Below are positions 26,171-39,100 of a stretch of 64,000 nucleotides of DNA, one piece after another; the first letter of the stretch is position 1; each line of letters starts with the position of its first letter. The notes below the pieces were generated by a model. The model saw only the letters and a program-made list of their open reading frames with translations, was not told the DNA's origin and searched no databases. Location of the stretch: positions 57,600,001 to 57,664,000 of the forward strand of contig NC_087436.1 of the NCBI RefSeq assembly GCF_036321535.1. The letters run 5' to 3'. Position numbers and translations under genes: made by a program. The stretch comes from Camelus dromedarius (Eukaryota).

Positions 26171-28929
26171 TATATAGATATATAATTAGTTGAACTGACT
26201 GAATGAAACTAATATATTTATTTAGGAGTTTTTATAGTTAGGAATACCTTCAATTTCAAAAGTATTATTGTAATGATCTTTTTAATAGTAACTTACCAAA
26301 GATAGTTACATAGCTCCATGGGGGCAAAGGAAAGGAATAAATCGTTTCATTAGAGAACACCTGTCAGTTGCTACCATTCTCTCTTTCCCCAGACTGGGAG
26401 ACAGACGTAGAGTTCTAAGCCCAGTGATCCTCACTGTGTAGAACTGAGAAAAACAACAGCTCAGTATTTTTTTTTCCTTTCCCAAATGTAGACAAATATG
26501 AATGCAAAAATCTTGTTACTGGTATGGGAGGGGAAAATGTGGTCTCCTCCAGTGAATAGAATATTTATGAAGCTCTTTTTGCATATGCTTGGGAAGAAAT
26601 CCAAAATTAGTTTGCTTCAGTGGCTGCATTAACTCAGTATTTTGTTTAGCCCAACCTCAACCCTTATGAAGAATAAATGCATTAAACATAAAAATATGGA
26701 AGGATGTTGGGATCTCTTTGAATAGACCCAAGTTTACTTATTGCCCTAGGACATGAAAGACCTCAAGTTGACTGGATCACAGACCAATCTGACTGTAAAG
26801 TTATTAATGACTATAACCATACAACTATGGTTTTCCCCCAGCTCTTTTCACTTTTATATGTGAAATAAGTATGGTTTTGAAAATTGCATCACAATAAAGA
26901 CTAATACAGTTCATGCTGATGATGCTATTATCCAATATTTATTCTGAAAATACCTTCAAAGCTTCACATGCTCCATTTCACCATAGCCACTTTTAACTTG
27001 GCTGCCAACAGGGAAGAGTACATTCCATTTTCTAAGTATTTGAAAACAATTTAGCTATGTGTTGTTACTGTTCAGTGACAATGAAAAAGCCCAGATGTCA
27101 TTAGAATCTTATAGAAATTACACATACTTTCCTTTTTAGAAACTGAACTGTATATATCAAGAGTGTGTCGCAACCTGCCACATCACATCATACCAAGCTG
27201 CAGAACATGGTTATGTTGGGCTGCCCCATCACTGAAGGGATATGAAATTAAAATTTTGAGTTATCTTCTCCAGGGAAATTTCACTTTCAAAACTTTTATT
27301 AAAGGCAAGTGCCACCAGAAGGTTAGATGCCAATAAATATCTAATTTTGAAAAAGGGGTAAATTTTATAAAATATATTCAACTTTCGAAGAATAAATCTA
27401 TTGGATTTCTCCTACCAAACTATGAGTTTCTGTTAACCACTTGTTTAAAAGTAGCTGCTTTCCAATCTCTCTCTTTCACTGACATACCTCTAACCACCTC
27501 GGCCCTTCCTGGTGTGGAGAAGTGACTTGAGTTTTAGAGATAAAGATGTGGTTGGTATATGTTTGCTAATGGCACGGCAAAATTGGGCTGGGAAAAGGTA
27601 CACAGATGAGTGTTGCTTTATTTAATCATGAGCAAACCTTGTGAATATAAACAATTACGAAGCATGATATTGAATGATACTGTGGAAAAAAGTTTTTGTT
27701 TTTTCTAAGAAAATTTAGACTTGGAAAGTTTGACATTATTTCCAAATGGAACTTTGATTGTTTCCAAGAAACATTGCAATTACGTTTACCAACACAGCTG
27801 AGACATGAAATTAGAAGATATCTTTAAGTTTGGGGAGAGAATCAGGTTTTTTAAAAAACTTATTTGGCTCTGATTTTCCCCTTTCATAATCAGTCTAGTG
27901 ATAAGATTAGAATGAAGGGGAGATTTATTATACCCACTATTGACTTTTCATAATGTCAGTTGGCATTAGAAAGAAATAATTTTTTTTTAAAAAATGAATG
28001 CTTAGTTATTTTGGATTGTGGAACTACACTTGAGGGAAACATCATGTGCAATTATTATCTTTTTCCATTAGATTTTACTTTATAAAAATCTATGGATGTA
28101 AAAATTTGATAGAGGCTTTTGTTCCCACTGCTACTGCATGAAAGTCTAAACACAAATTAATGCTGGCAAAGTTAGAAATGACTACATAGCTCCGATATAC
28201 ACACATCATGAGGTCTGCAACCTCAGTGAAGCAGTGGATCAAGCAAACAAATTGTAAGAACCACCAAGAGACAAATTACAAGATAAGGAAAAACCAGTAC
28301 GTAAGGTCATGGATTGGTATCGGACTGATGTGGGTTAGATTTCCAGCTCTGACACTATTGATTGTGTGATCTTGAGCATTAAACTCAATAAATTAGCTTA
28401 ATAAATTGATAATAAATTCTCAGTGAATGTATCTGTAATTTGTATTATTATGATTGTTATTGTCATATGCTGTATAAAGTCAATCATTTTATTTATATTT
28501 TTCATTTACTTATTTAAAAGTGTTTCAAAGTCAGATCTGAGTTACATAGGTTTTTAGTTTAAGTACACTCAAAATATAAGTTAAACATAATTGCTGACAG
28601 GTATATTAGTGAAATAAAATGTTCTGTTTAAAATTTTTAAGACTATTTTTCTTAATGTGATTACTATTGACTGGATATGCTGAGCAATCTTACTTTGAAT
28701 GGCAGGTATCAATTATAGATGTAATTGGCTGATCTTGGGATTTATGCCTACAGAATTGGTCCAACACAAAAAAATCTCCTAACTTTTGATATTTTATTTC
28801 CTCAGACAAACTGAGGATTTGAAGACTGTCATTCTTTTACATCACTATGCTTAGAGTAAGTCTATGACACATCATTTATAATGTTCCCTAAAACAACTGG
28901 CCATACAAATGTACAAGGGTGTGGAATGA

Positions 28930-29180
28930 GGACTTAGTATGGTATAGTTAGAATCTAGGTTCAGGAATGAGACAGATTTAAGGTCTGGTCTTTAATAAAT
29001 TACTTAATAGCTGCATGATTTGCAAGTTACTTATCTTTTCAACTTCAGTTCTAAAATGGGTTATTAATACCTGGTACGTATTTCAAAAGATGGTTGTAAG
29101 TTTTAAATGAGTCAGTGCATGTCAAACATTTAGCACAAAGTCTGGCATCTTGTGAATGCTCAATAAACGTTAATTATTAA
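28930..29180 (+). mobile_element. MIR SINE, near full length
   Basis: agtatggtatagttagaatc...acttaatagctgcatgatttgcaagttactt...taaaatgggttattaatacct...ttaaatgagtcagtgcatgtcaaacatttagcacaaagtctggca...gctcaataaacgtta. Confidence 0.85.
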
Positions 29181-30552
29181 CTTCATAATTTTACTAATTC
29201 ATTGATTTCTTGGAATTTTGTAATTATTTTCTTTGTTGCTTAGAATAGGATTCTGATGGGGTCATCAGTTTAAATCTTCCATGAGCTTCATTCTAGATCA
29301 CTTATGGCACACAGAACTGGCTCAAAGGGTAGTAAGTTGAGAGGGCCTGAAGGTTCTGTGCCAAAGAAATAATTGGGAAAACAACTTGAAGGGTATGATC
29401 TGATGAGAGACGTTGGAAACATCATTTTAGCAAATGGATGAAATAACTGACTGTTACTATTATTAGATGAATTTTGGGATTGCAATTTATATACTACAAG
29501 CAATTGAAGAAAAATTACCTATTTCTTTGTAGATCATTAATTCTTGAATTTTTAGTATTGTGCTGTAATAATTTTGTAACTACTAATGGAATTCACTGAC
29601 ATACTTTTTTAAAGGCGAGAGCAACTCATCTTTTCTCTTAAGGACAAATAAAATCCCAAATAAATTTCTTGACAAATCTAATTATTATAATTTTGAGCTG
29701 TCAGTTTTGTTGAGAAATGAATGTTTTTTAACTTTAGGAAAATTCACACTACCTTGTTTTTGGATGAAGAAAACATTTTCAGAAAGAATTTTCTGAAACC
29801 AATATAGAGAACATTGTGTTTTAGTAAGGCAGAAGTTGTATTGTGGTGCTGACCTTATGGCCTGAAACCACATAAGCCAAACTTGCCAGGGTAAGTCAAA
29901 GGCCTCTGGGTTCTCAGGGCTCATGGGAAAGTTATTTGTGAAATGGAATACTGACTTAAACAGCATTTAGGATTTAAGGTACACCATAGCTAATGACAAT
30001 TTACTACCACTGCGCTGGAGAAACAGCCGCAATAATGAGCACATTAGCTATAATGCAAGGAGACAGTGTAGTTTCATGTCTTGATAGTTACTGTCTCTCT
30101 CTCTGTCTCCCTACCTATCATCTGTCTGTCATAATCCAATGGCTCTCCAACTATTTACTCAGTGCATAATGGGACAGACTCAAAGAAAAGACTGATGGTG
30201 TCAAAGTTGAAATAAATATATTTTGATAATGAATCCTTTCTCTGTCCTTTATCATAATTTGCCCAGACAGAATCATATTTTATGGAAGTTAAAATTCTGA
30301 ATGTGTTATGCTTCCAAGAAAATGTGGTAAGCAATATTCAAATTATACCCAGAATTTTATTTTATTAAAAAATAATGCTCAACCAATACCATTTTCTCAG
30401 GAGTTGGACTATGTTGTATTATCTACATATCACAAAATCAAGCCTTTGCTTAAAAGGAAGTTGAAAATTTATTATCAGACATCGTATACTTCTTTAAATA
30501 GCTTTGGCCACTCCTGCCATTTCTCATGTCAACTAGAATCTTTGTCTACTTA

Positions 30553-30735
<183 letters not shown>

Positions 30736-31129
30736 TCATTGAAAGTCTGAGGTCATACACATTCAGTACCAAGTTAACTTCTAAGTAGTGATAAGTCTTT
30801 ATACATAACAGCAGCATGGATCTCTGTATTTTGTTTATGTTCATCACTTCATATTTGATTCCATTTATGAGACTATATGAGACCCAAGTCAAAAAGCAGC
30901 ATGATAAGTATTTAGTATAACATGTTTGAATGGTATTTATTCCACCTTCTTTTTCAACCCTAGAATTAATTATCCTCTTATTATAACTACAGGTGTACAC
31001 TTTATATCCAAGAGTTTGATTATTCACTAGTTAGGCTATATTAATACTATTAATACTAGTTTAGTGAGTAATATTGAAAGATTATTTTTTGTTAAATTCC
31101 CTAGAATCAGAGGTTATTATTAATCTTGG

Positions 31130-32820
31130 GAACACACATACCACTGTTGGTTTCAGTACCATCACATTTGTTTTGTTCTACTCCTAACTGACTAGCCACT
31201 TTTCTACAGTCTTGTGGAATCTTCTTCTTCATCTTCTAAATGTTGGTATGCCCTTGGGCTCATTCTTCAGATTGCTTCTGTTCTCTGTTCACATCGCCCC
31301 CGCCAGCTAATCTCAAGTCCCCTGACGCTGAATATCATCTATACTGTACTTTGATAACTCTCAGATTTATATTTCAAGCTCTCACTCTCCAGAGCTATAG
31401 ATAAATGCCTACATAATTTCCACTTGGAATCTAATGAGCATCTGATACTTATCATACCTGAGCCAGAACATTTTATTTTCACTCCTGAATTAACACCTCA
31501 GTCCGCACTATTTCAGGGAATAGCACCCCCTCTTCACTCTATTTCTCAGACCAAATACTTAGAAATTTTCCTACATCCTCTTGTAGCAAGTCCTGTCACC
31601 TTTACCTTCAAACTACATACCAAGTCCTACCTCATCTCATCACTTCTGAGAGAGGTGAGGAGGCAGGCCTACTGACCCTGGCTGGTTAACAACAAGGGGA
31701 AAAAGTGGCAGGCTGTTAAAAAACAAGTTGTTTCTTTTATCCCACAGCTGGCACCTTGGTTGCAAGGACGCAGCCATGCAGCAAGACATTTTATGTTCCA
31801 CGACTGCTACATCAGTCCCAAAGACACCCCAGTATCTCCTTCTTTGTTCCCTTTTTATTCACAGAAGTTTCTGTTTAAGGGCTGAACTCCAGGAGAGGAA
31901 AGAGCCTTAAAAAAAGATGACTGGCACCACTGGAATAAAGATAACGATGGCAGGGGCTTCCAATAAAAGACCCTGTGGACAGACTGGAGTCTGGAGCTGT
32001 CTCCACCAGCTACCTGGCTATTGGCTGCCCTCTCGAGTGTTTTCTTTTTTTTCCCTTCTCTCTCTGAGAAAAAAAGAAGCTCTTTTTTATTTTTCTTCTT
32101 CTCTTTTTCACTTTATCTCTCTGTATCAATTCTTTCTCAATTGGCAGGAAAGGACCCACACGTTTAGGGGGGACGCTCACACATCTGGTGGCCTTTCCGA
32201 TTCAGGTCTCCATCGGCTAACACTTCCAGTGCGGTCACAGCTTCGTCGTACTCCTGAACTGCTTCAGTGCTTTGCTTGCTTACATTCTAGGCACTACCAC
32301 TCCTGTGTCTACCACCGTGGTGCTCTTTAAAAATGAAAATGAAATCATGATACTCCCCTGATCAAAACTCAGATTCCTGAGACTCGCAGAAAGGAAAAAA
32401 ATCTCTACCAAGACCTACCAGGTCTTACATGAACTGATCTCAGATTTACTTCCTGACTTATCTTTTTTTACTCTCTCAATGGCCTTCTCACAATTTTTTA
32501 TATGAAGCTATGTTGATTTCTGTCTTAGGGCCTTTGCACTTGCAATTTTTAGGTCTGGAATTCTCTTCTTTCATTTAAAAATGATTTTCCCTATAATTTA
32601 TTTAAGCTTCTCTTCAGATACTTCACAAACATCTTATCACCATTCTATCTAAAGTAACGTCCCACAACCCCATTCTTTCAGTCACCTTCTTTTTATTAAA
32701 TCATAATTTATCATATATTTTATGTATTTTTGTTTTTTTCCTCTTCCTTATAGTATAGTTTCTAGTATAGGAACAGTTCCTGCCTCATATTAGGTGAGTA
32801 AATATTTGTTAAATGAATAT
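31130..32820 (+). mobile_element. L2 LINE (~1.1 kb of L2 sequence) interrupted by a solo LTR
   Basis: ttctaaatgttggtatgccc...tttccacttggaatctaatgagcatct... before the LTR, and gggcctttgcacttgc...taggaacagttcctgcctcatattaggtgagtaaatatttgttaaatgaat after it. Confidence 0.8.
31647..32222 (+). mobile_element. Solo LTR, probably ERV1 class (576 bp)
   Basis: Starts TG (tgagagagg) and ends CA (ggctaaca), flanked by a 4-bp direct repeat CTTC (31643-31646 / 32223-32226). It is GC-richer than the flanks and L2 sequence resumes on both sides. Orientation is inferred from TATA-like and U5-like layout. Confidence 0.75.
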
Positions 32821-33544
32821 ATGTTTTATATGACGTTAACAATCCTTCTAAAATAAATTAGGTTTATACTAAGAGTAGAAATAAAGAGATATAATACTAC
32901 ATTCGCCTAGGTACATCAATATGTGAATGGCTTAATAGGATTCAATTAATTATCACATAGGGCAGATTTTTATGTCAGCCACAAATTCTCACTGTATAAT
33001 ATCTCTAAATTTTCAGTATAGTGCAAACATACCCTTTGGGTATGGCCTGAGCTATTTTCCTGATGTAATATACTCAAAATAGGCTAACCTCTGATCTCTG
33101 GAACACATTTTCCAAAAGCAGTTATAATGCATTTTAGATACTTCTTCAAAGAGAAGGAAATATTCACTCAGCTTTTAAAAGATGAAAGCAAAAGAAAATA
33201 TTTATTTTTAAACCAAATGGGGACTTCCAAGACAAAAGACTAATTAAAAAATAATAATAAAATATGAACAAGATGATAACTAAATACTGCAAGATGTTCA
33301 TAAATATAACAACAGTAGGACAATAAATTCATAACTGAAAGGCTAACTGAAGGTTTGTGTCCGTCCATGAAGTCTTTAACCTTGATTAGGGTTGTTATCA
33401 CCCACATGAATGAATGCTTGTTGAGCTTTCTTTATCTGTGACAGAAAAACTGAAACTCAAGCAATTCAAATATTCTTGTGAAATCTAAATAAAATGACAT
33501 TTTGTTCAAGACCTGCACTTAAAAACCAAATACTAAAAGTAATG

Positions 33545-35574
33545 GGAGTCTTGACTTCTAATTCTGGAATTCAGAACAATCCTCCCACTACTAGAAAAAT
33601 CGAACATATAATGTATTTGAGAGCCAAGAAGCAGTAAAAAATTTTGAAGATCAAGATCTTGGAGAAGAAGATAATCCAGAAATGTGACTTGGTATTTAGG
33701 ACTGCTTTTCTCTGAGGGATAAATGCCAATTTAACAATAGGAAGGTAAGAAACTGCAATGCTGAGCAATGTTTTTGAAAGCCTTCAAAATTAAATGGCTA
33801 TAAAAATTAGGTCTCAGGGCTTGCCAAATAGGGGTGGGACAAAGAAAACCAGAATATTCTCAGATGCTTGGAAATCAATAATTACAATTCCATTAAGCCA
33901 TGGGTTGAAGAAAAATCACAAGAGAAATAAAAATATTTTGAATTTAATGACAATAAAATACTCCATACCAAAACTCCACAGGTTTTGATGGCCGATGAGA
34001 TACAGCTAAATATGTATTTAAAGGGAAATTCATAACTTACATGAGAAAAGGAGTCTGGAAATCAATGAGCTACTCATCAGTTTCAAGAAGTTTAAAAAAA
34101 GCAGCACGTTAAACCCAAAAAACAAAGGAAGGACATAATAAATAAAGAAAAAAAATTAGTAAAATAGACAAAAAATACAACAGAGAAGGCTGATCCAACA
34201 GAAGTTTGGTCCTTTGAAGAGATCTACGAAAAGCTGTTGCAATGGATCAAGAAAGTAAGTAAAGGCACAAACAAATACAATAACAGAAATAAAAAGGGTA
34301 CATTGTTACAGATGTTACAGACATTGGAAAGATAAAAAGAGGAGGATCTTATGTACAGTTCTATGCCAGTTAATTTGAAAACTGAGATGATATGGATAAA
34401 TTCTTAGAAAAATTACCTTCAAAATAAATAGAAAATTTTAATGATCTTTTTACTATTAAAGACCTTGCATCCACAATTAAAACTTACTCACAAAAAATAT
34501 TTAAGGCCAGTGGCCTTCCTGGAAAAATCTATTGAATATTTTAGAAATAATTAACTCTAATTTTACACAAACTCTTTCTGAAATTAGAAGAAAGCGAGGC
34601 ACTATTCTATACATTTTATAAAGAAGGCACAATTTTGGTAACAAAATCTGAAAAGGTCATTCCAAGAAAGGAAAATTACAGGCCAATCTTTCATGTGATT
34701 GTAGAGTTTTAATAAAGACTTAAATAAATTAGTAAACTGAAAATTACAATAAAGAAATAAATAAGCATGTTGAGTTTATTAAGTGAAAGCAAAGGTTGGT
34801 TTGGCATTTAAAAATTAATCAGTAAAATTCACTACATTAGTACTATAAAGGAGAAAAACCGTATAATCATCTTGGTGGAAGTAGAAAAGGCACAGCTAAA
34901 ATTCAACATCCAGTCATTTAGGAAAACTGAAAACCTAGAAATACTTCAACAAACTAGAAATAAAAAACCTTTCTTAGCCTCACAAAGAATATTTTCAGGA
35001 AGCCTACAGCAAATGTCATACTTATTAACAGAATAAACATTTTTAATGGCTGCAAGTTGTTACTGCTTCTGTTCAACTTTTAATTGAAAGTACTAAACAG
35101 TGTAGTGCAACAAGTCAAAAAATAAATAAAAAGAAAGAAAAATTACTTAAGAATTGGAAAGAATGAAATAAAACTTATGGATTAGAGATGATAAGAATAT
35201 GTATGTAGAAAACCCAAGAGAATATGGGATAAATTACTAAAATTAATATGTTAGTTATCACTGTGGTACAAAGTCAATGTTCTAAAATAATCAGATATGC
35301 ATATATCAGTCAGTAACAGACACTTAAAACATGGAATTAAAAAGTACACATGTCATTTGCAATAGCATTAAAAATATCAAATATCCAGAAATAAAGTTGT
35401 GGAAGATCTCTACATGAAAATCTGTAAAACTTTTTTGAGTGAAATAAATGCAGATTAAATAAATGGACAGGTATACCATGTTTATTAATCAAAGACTCAA
35501 TGTTATAAAGATACAAATTTTTCTCAAATTGATCTACAGTCAATAAATTGTCAACTGAAACCCCAGGTTCTTCC

Positions 35575-35617
<43 letters not shown>

Positions 35618-36117
35618 CAGAGAAAGACAGAAACAGAAAGACAGTATGTGTGTGTGAAAAACTAAATGTAAAATTTATATAAAATTGCAAAAGAACAAAA
35701 GTAGTCAAGACAATGTTCAAGAAGAAGATTGTTTCTAGCTGACTGCAGCTTCATATAGTAATTAAGACAGTGTTGTATTTGTACAAGTATAGACCAAATC
35801 AATGAAAATTATCCACATGTACATAGACACTTGATTTATGCCCAGTTGGTACTCTAGTACTGTTCAGACATTGAGGTCTTTTCAGCAAGTACTACTAGGT
35901 GAATTTGGATATATATGTGAAAAATAATGAAACTTGTCTCCTAACTACAATGTACACAAATAATATCAAGTGGCTTATAGATGTAAATGTAAAATATAAA
36001 CAATAAAACTTCTAGAAAATAATATAAGAGAATATATCCAACATATCCATAAGACTCGGTAGCAAAAGATTTTTTGAACAGAGCACAAAATGCATTAGCA
36101 CAAAACAAAAAAATTGA
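33545..36117 (+). mobile_element. Old L1 (L1ME/L1M5-like), heavily decayed ORF2, with (TG)16 at 35581-35612
   Basis: Colinear ORF2 landmarks (ggaaaattacaggccaatct, aaattcaacatccagtcat, ttaaataaatggacaggtataccatgttta) ending at aaaaaattga. Confidence 0.8.
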
Positions 36118-39100
36118 GCTAGGCCAGGGCCGGCCCCTCCCACCAGCGCTTGGCAGCCAGGCCATGGACGAGCCGCATACCCACTAGTGCACCACAGCAG
36201 CAGCTGTGGCCCCACAACAACATGAGGATGCACAGAGCCCAAACAGGGGACCCTCCTTGAGCATCTAGATCCAGTAGCCAGGCAGGATTGTGCCTCTGAG
36301 CCACATAGGACATCTCCTACATAAGGCCACTCCTTCAAGACTGGAAGAGGTAGCTGATTTATCTGATGTACAGAAACAGAGAATTAGTAAAAATGAGGAG
36401 ATAGAAAAATGAAATAAATAAAATGGAGATAAACAATCTACCTGATAAAGAGTTCAAAGCAATGGTAATAAAGATCCTCCTTGAATTTGAGTGAACTGAT
36501 GAACACAGTGAGAACTTCAGCAAAAAGATGGAAAATGTAAGAAACTACCAAACAGAAGTTGTAACTGAAATAAAAACTACACTTGAAGGGTTCAATAGCA
36601 GACTGGACGAGATATAAAAATGAATCAAGACCTGGAAGAAAAAGTAATGGAAATCACTCAGACAGAGCAGGAAATTAAAAACACACACACACACACATTT
36701 TTTTTTTTTTAAAAAGGTGAAGTGTGACTTTTGGGGCAACATCAAGCAGAATGACATCTGTATTACAGAGGTCCCAGAGGAGAAGAGAGAAGAGAGAGAG
36801 AAAAGCCCAGGAAAATTATTTCAAGAAATAGTGGCTGAACTTCCTTGATCTGGGGAAGGAAACAGACATCTAGGTTCAGGAAGCCCAGAGATGAACCCAA
36901 AGAGACACACACCAAGTCATATATTAAAATGCTAAAAGTTAAGGATAAAGAGAGAATTCTAAAAGCAGCAAGAAGGGGGGGGGGGAAACAGAACCAAACA
37001 AACAATATTACATATAAGGGAAACTCCATAAGGCTATCAGCAGATTTTTTTCAACAAAAACTTCAGGCCAGAAGGGTGTGGCATGACATATTCAAATTGC
37101 TGAAAGGAGTAAATTTACACCCAAGCTTTCTCTACCCAGCAAGTTATCATTCAGAATTGAAGGAGAGATTAAGAGTTTCCCAGATATGCAAAAGCTAAAG
37201 GAGTTAATTTCCACTAAACTAACCCTACAAGAAATGTTAAAGGGGCTTTAAGTTGAAAAGAAATGGCATTAATTAATAATAAAAAAAAAATACAAAAGTA
37301 AAAATTTCACTGGAAAGGATAAATATATAATAAAGGTAGTGGATCAACCATTTGTAAAGCAAGAATGAAGATTGAAAAATAAAAGTAGTAAAATTAACTA
37401 AAATTACAATAATTAAAGGTACATAAAATAAAAAGATGTAAAATATCATCAAAAGTATAAAACTGGTGGAAGGGGAGTAAAATGACAATGCTTTGGAATG
37501 TATTCAAATTTATGTTGTGACCAACTTAAAAAAAGACTGTTGTTTACATAGGATGTTATGTCTGAACCTCACAGTAACCACAAGAAGAAAACTTATAGTA
37601 AATACACAAAAGAAAATGAGAAAGGAATCTAATACAACACTAAAACAAACAAACAAACAAACAAACAAACAACCCCATGAAAACTCGAGAAGAGAGAAAA
37701 AGGAGATAAAGAAACTACTAAAACAGCCAGAAAACAATTAATTAAATGGCAATAAGTACATACCTATCAATAATTACTTTAAATGCAAAGGGACTAAATT
37801 CACCAAAGAAAAGACTTAGGAGTTGCTCAATGGATAAAAAACAGGACCCATCTATTTGCTGCATACAAGAGACTCACTTCAGAAGTAAGGACATGCACAG
37901 ACTGAAAGTAAGGGGACAGAAAATATATTCCACTGTAAAAGCAAATGAAAAGAAAGCTGGAGTAGTTATACTCATATCAGACAAAACAGAGTTAAAACAA
38001 AGACTGTGATAAAAGACAAGGGCATTTCATAATGATAAAGGGGTCAATCCAACAAGAAGATAAAACATTTATAAATGCACTCAATTTAGAAGCACCAAGA
38101 TATATAAAGCAAATATTAATGGATTTAAAGGGAGAAAATGAAAGCAGTACAGTAGTAGAAGGAGGACTTTTAACATCTTACTTACATCAATGGATAGATA
38201 ATACAATCAATAAGAAAATATCAGACTTAAATGACGAATTGGATCAGATGAACTTAACAGACACATATAGAACATTCGATCCAAGAGTATCAGAATACAC
38301 ACTCTTTTCAAGTTCACATAAAACATTCTCCAGTATAGATCACATGTTGGGTTACAAAACAAGTCTCAATAAATTCAAGAAGACTGAAATCATATCAGGC
38401 ATCTCCAATCACAGTGGTATGAAACTGGAAATCAATCACAAGAAAAAAGAGGGAAATCAATCACAAAAAAACATGGAGAGTAAATAACCTGCTAGTGAAC
38501 AACTACTGGTCATTGAAGATATCAAAGGAGACATCAAAACATACCTAGAGAGAAATAGAAACAAATATGACATACCAAAATCTGCAGGATGCAGCAAAAG
38601 CAATTCTAAAGAGGGAAATTCATAGAAATACAGGCTTACCTCAAGAAACAAGAAAAATCCCAAATAAAGAATCTAATTTTATACTTAAAAGAACTGTAAG
38701 AAGAACAAATGAAGCCCAAAACTAGTAGAAGGAAGGAAATAAAAATGCTTAAAGTAGAAATAAGTAAGATACTGAAAAGTATAGAAAAGATCAATGAAAC
38801 TAAGAGCTGCTTCTTTGAAAAGATACACAAAATTGACAAACCTTTAGTTATACTAACAAAGAAAAAAAGAGAGGGCTCAAATAAATAAAATAAAAAATGA
38901 AAGGAAACTTACAACTGATTTCATAGAAATAAAGAGGATCATAAGAGACATGCCAAACAAATTCGACAATGTAAAAGAAATAGATAATTTCCGAGAAAAA
39001 TACAATCTTCAAAGACTTAATCATGAAGAAATAGATAATCTGAATAGACAGATTACTAATAAAGGGGTTAAAACAGCACTAAAAAATCTTCTAACAAACA

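Noticed and set aside
31917..32330. 137-aa ORF
   Set aside because: Crosses the solo LTR/L2 junction and includes low-complexity pyrimidine tracts.
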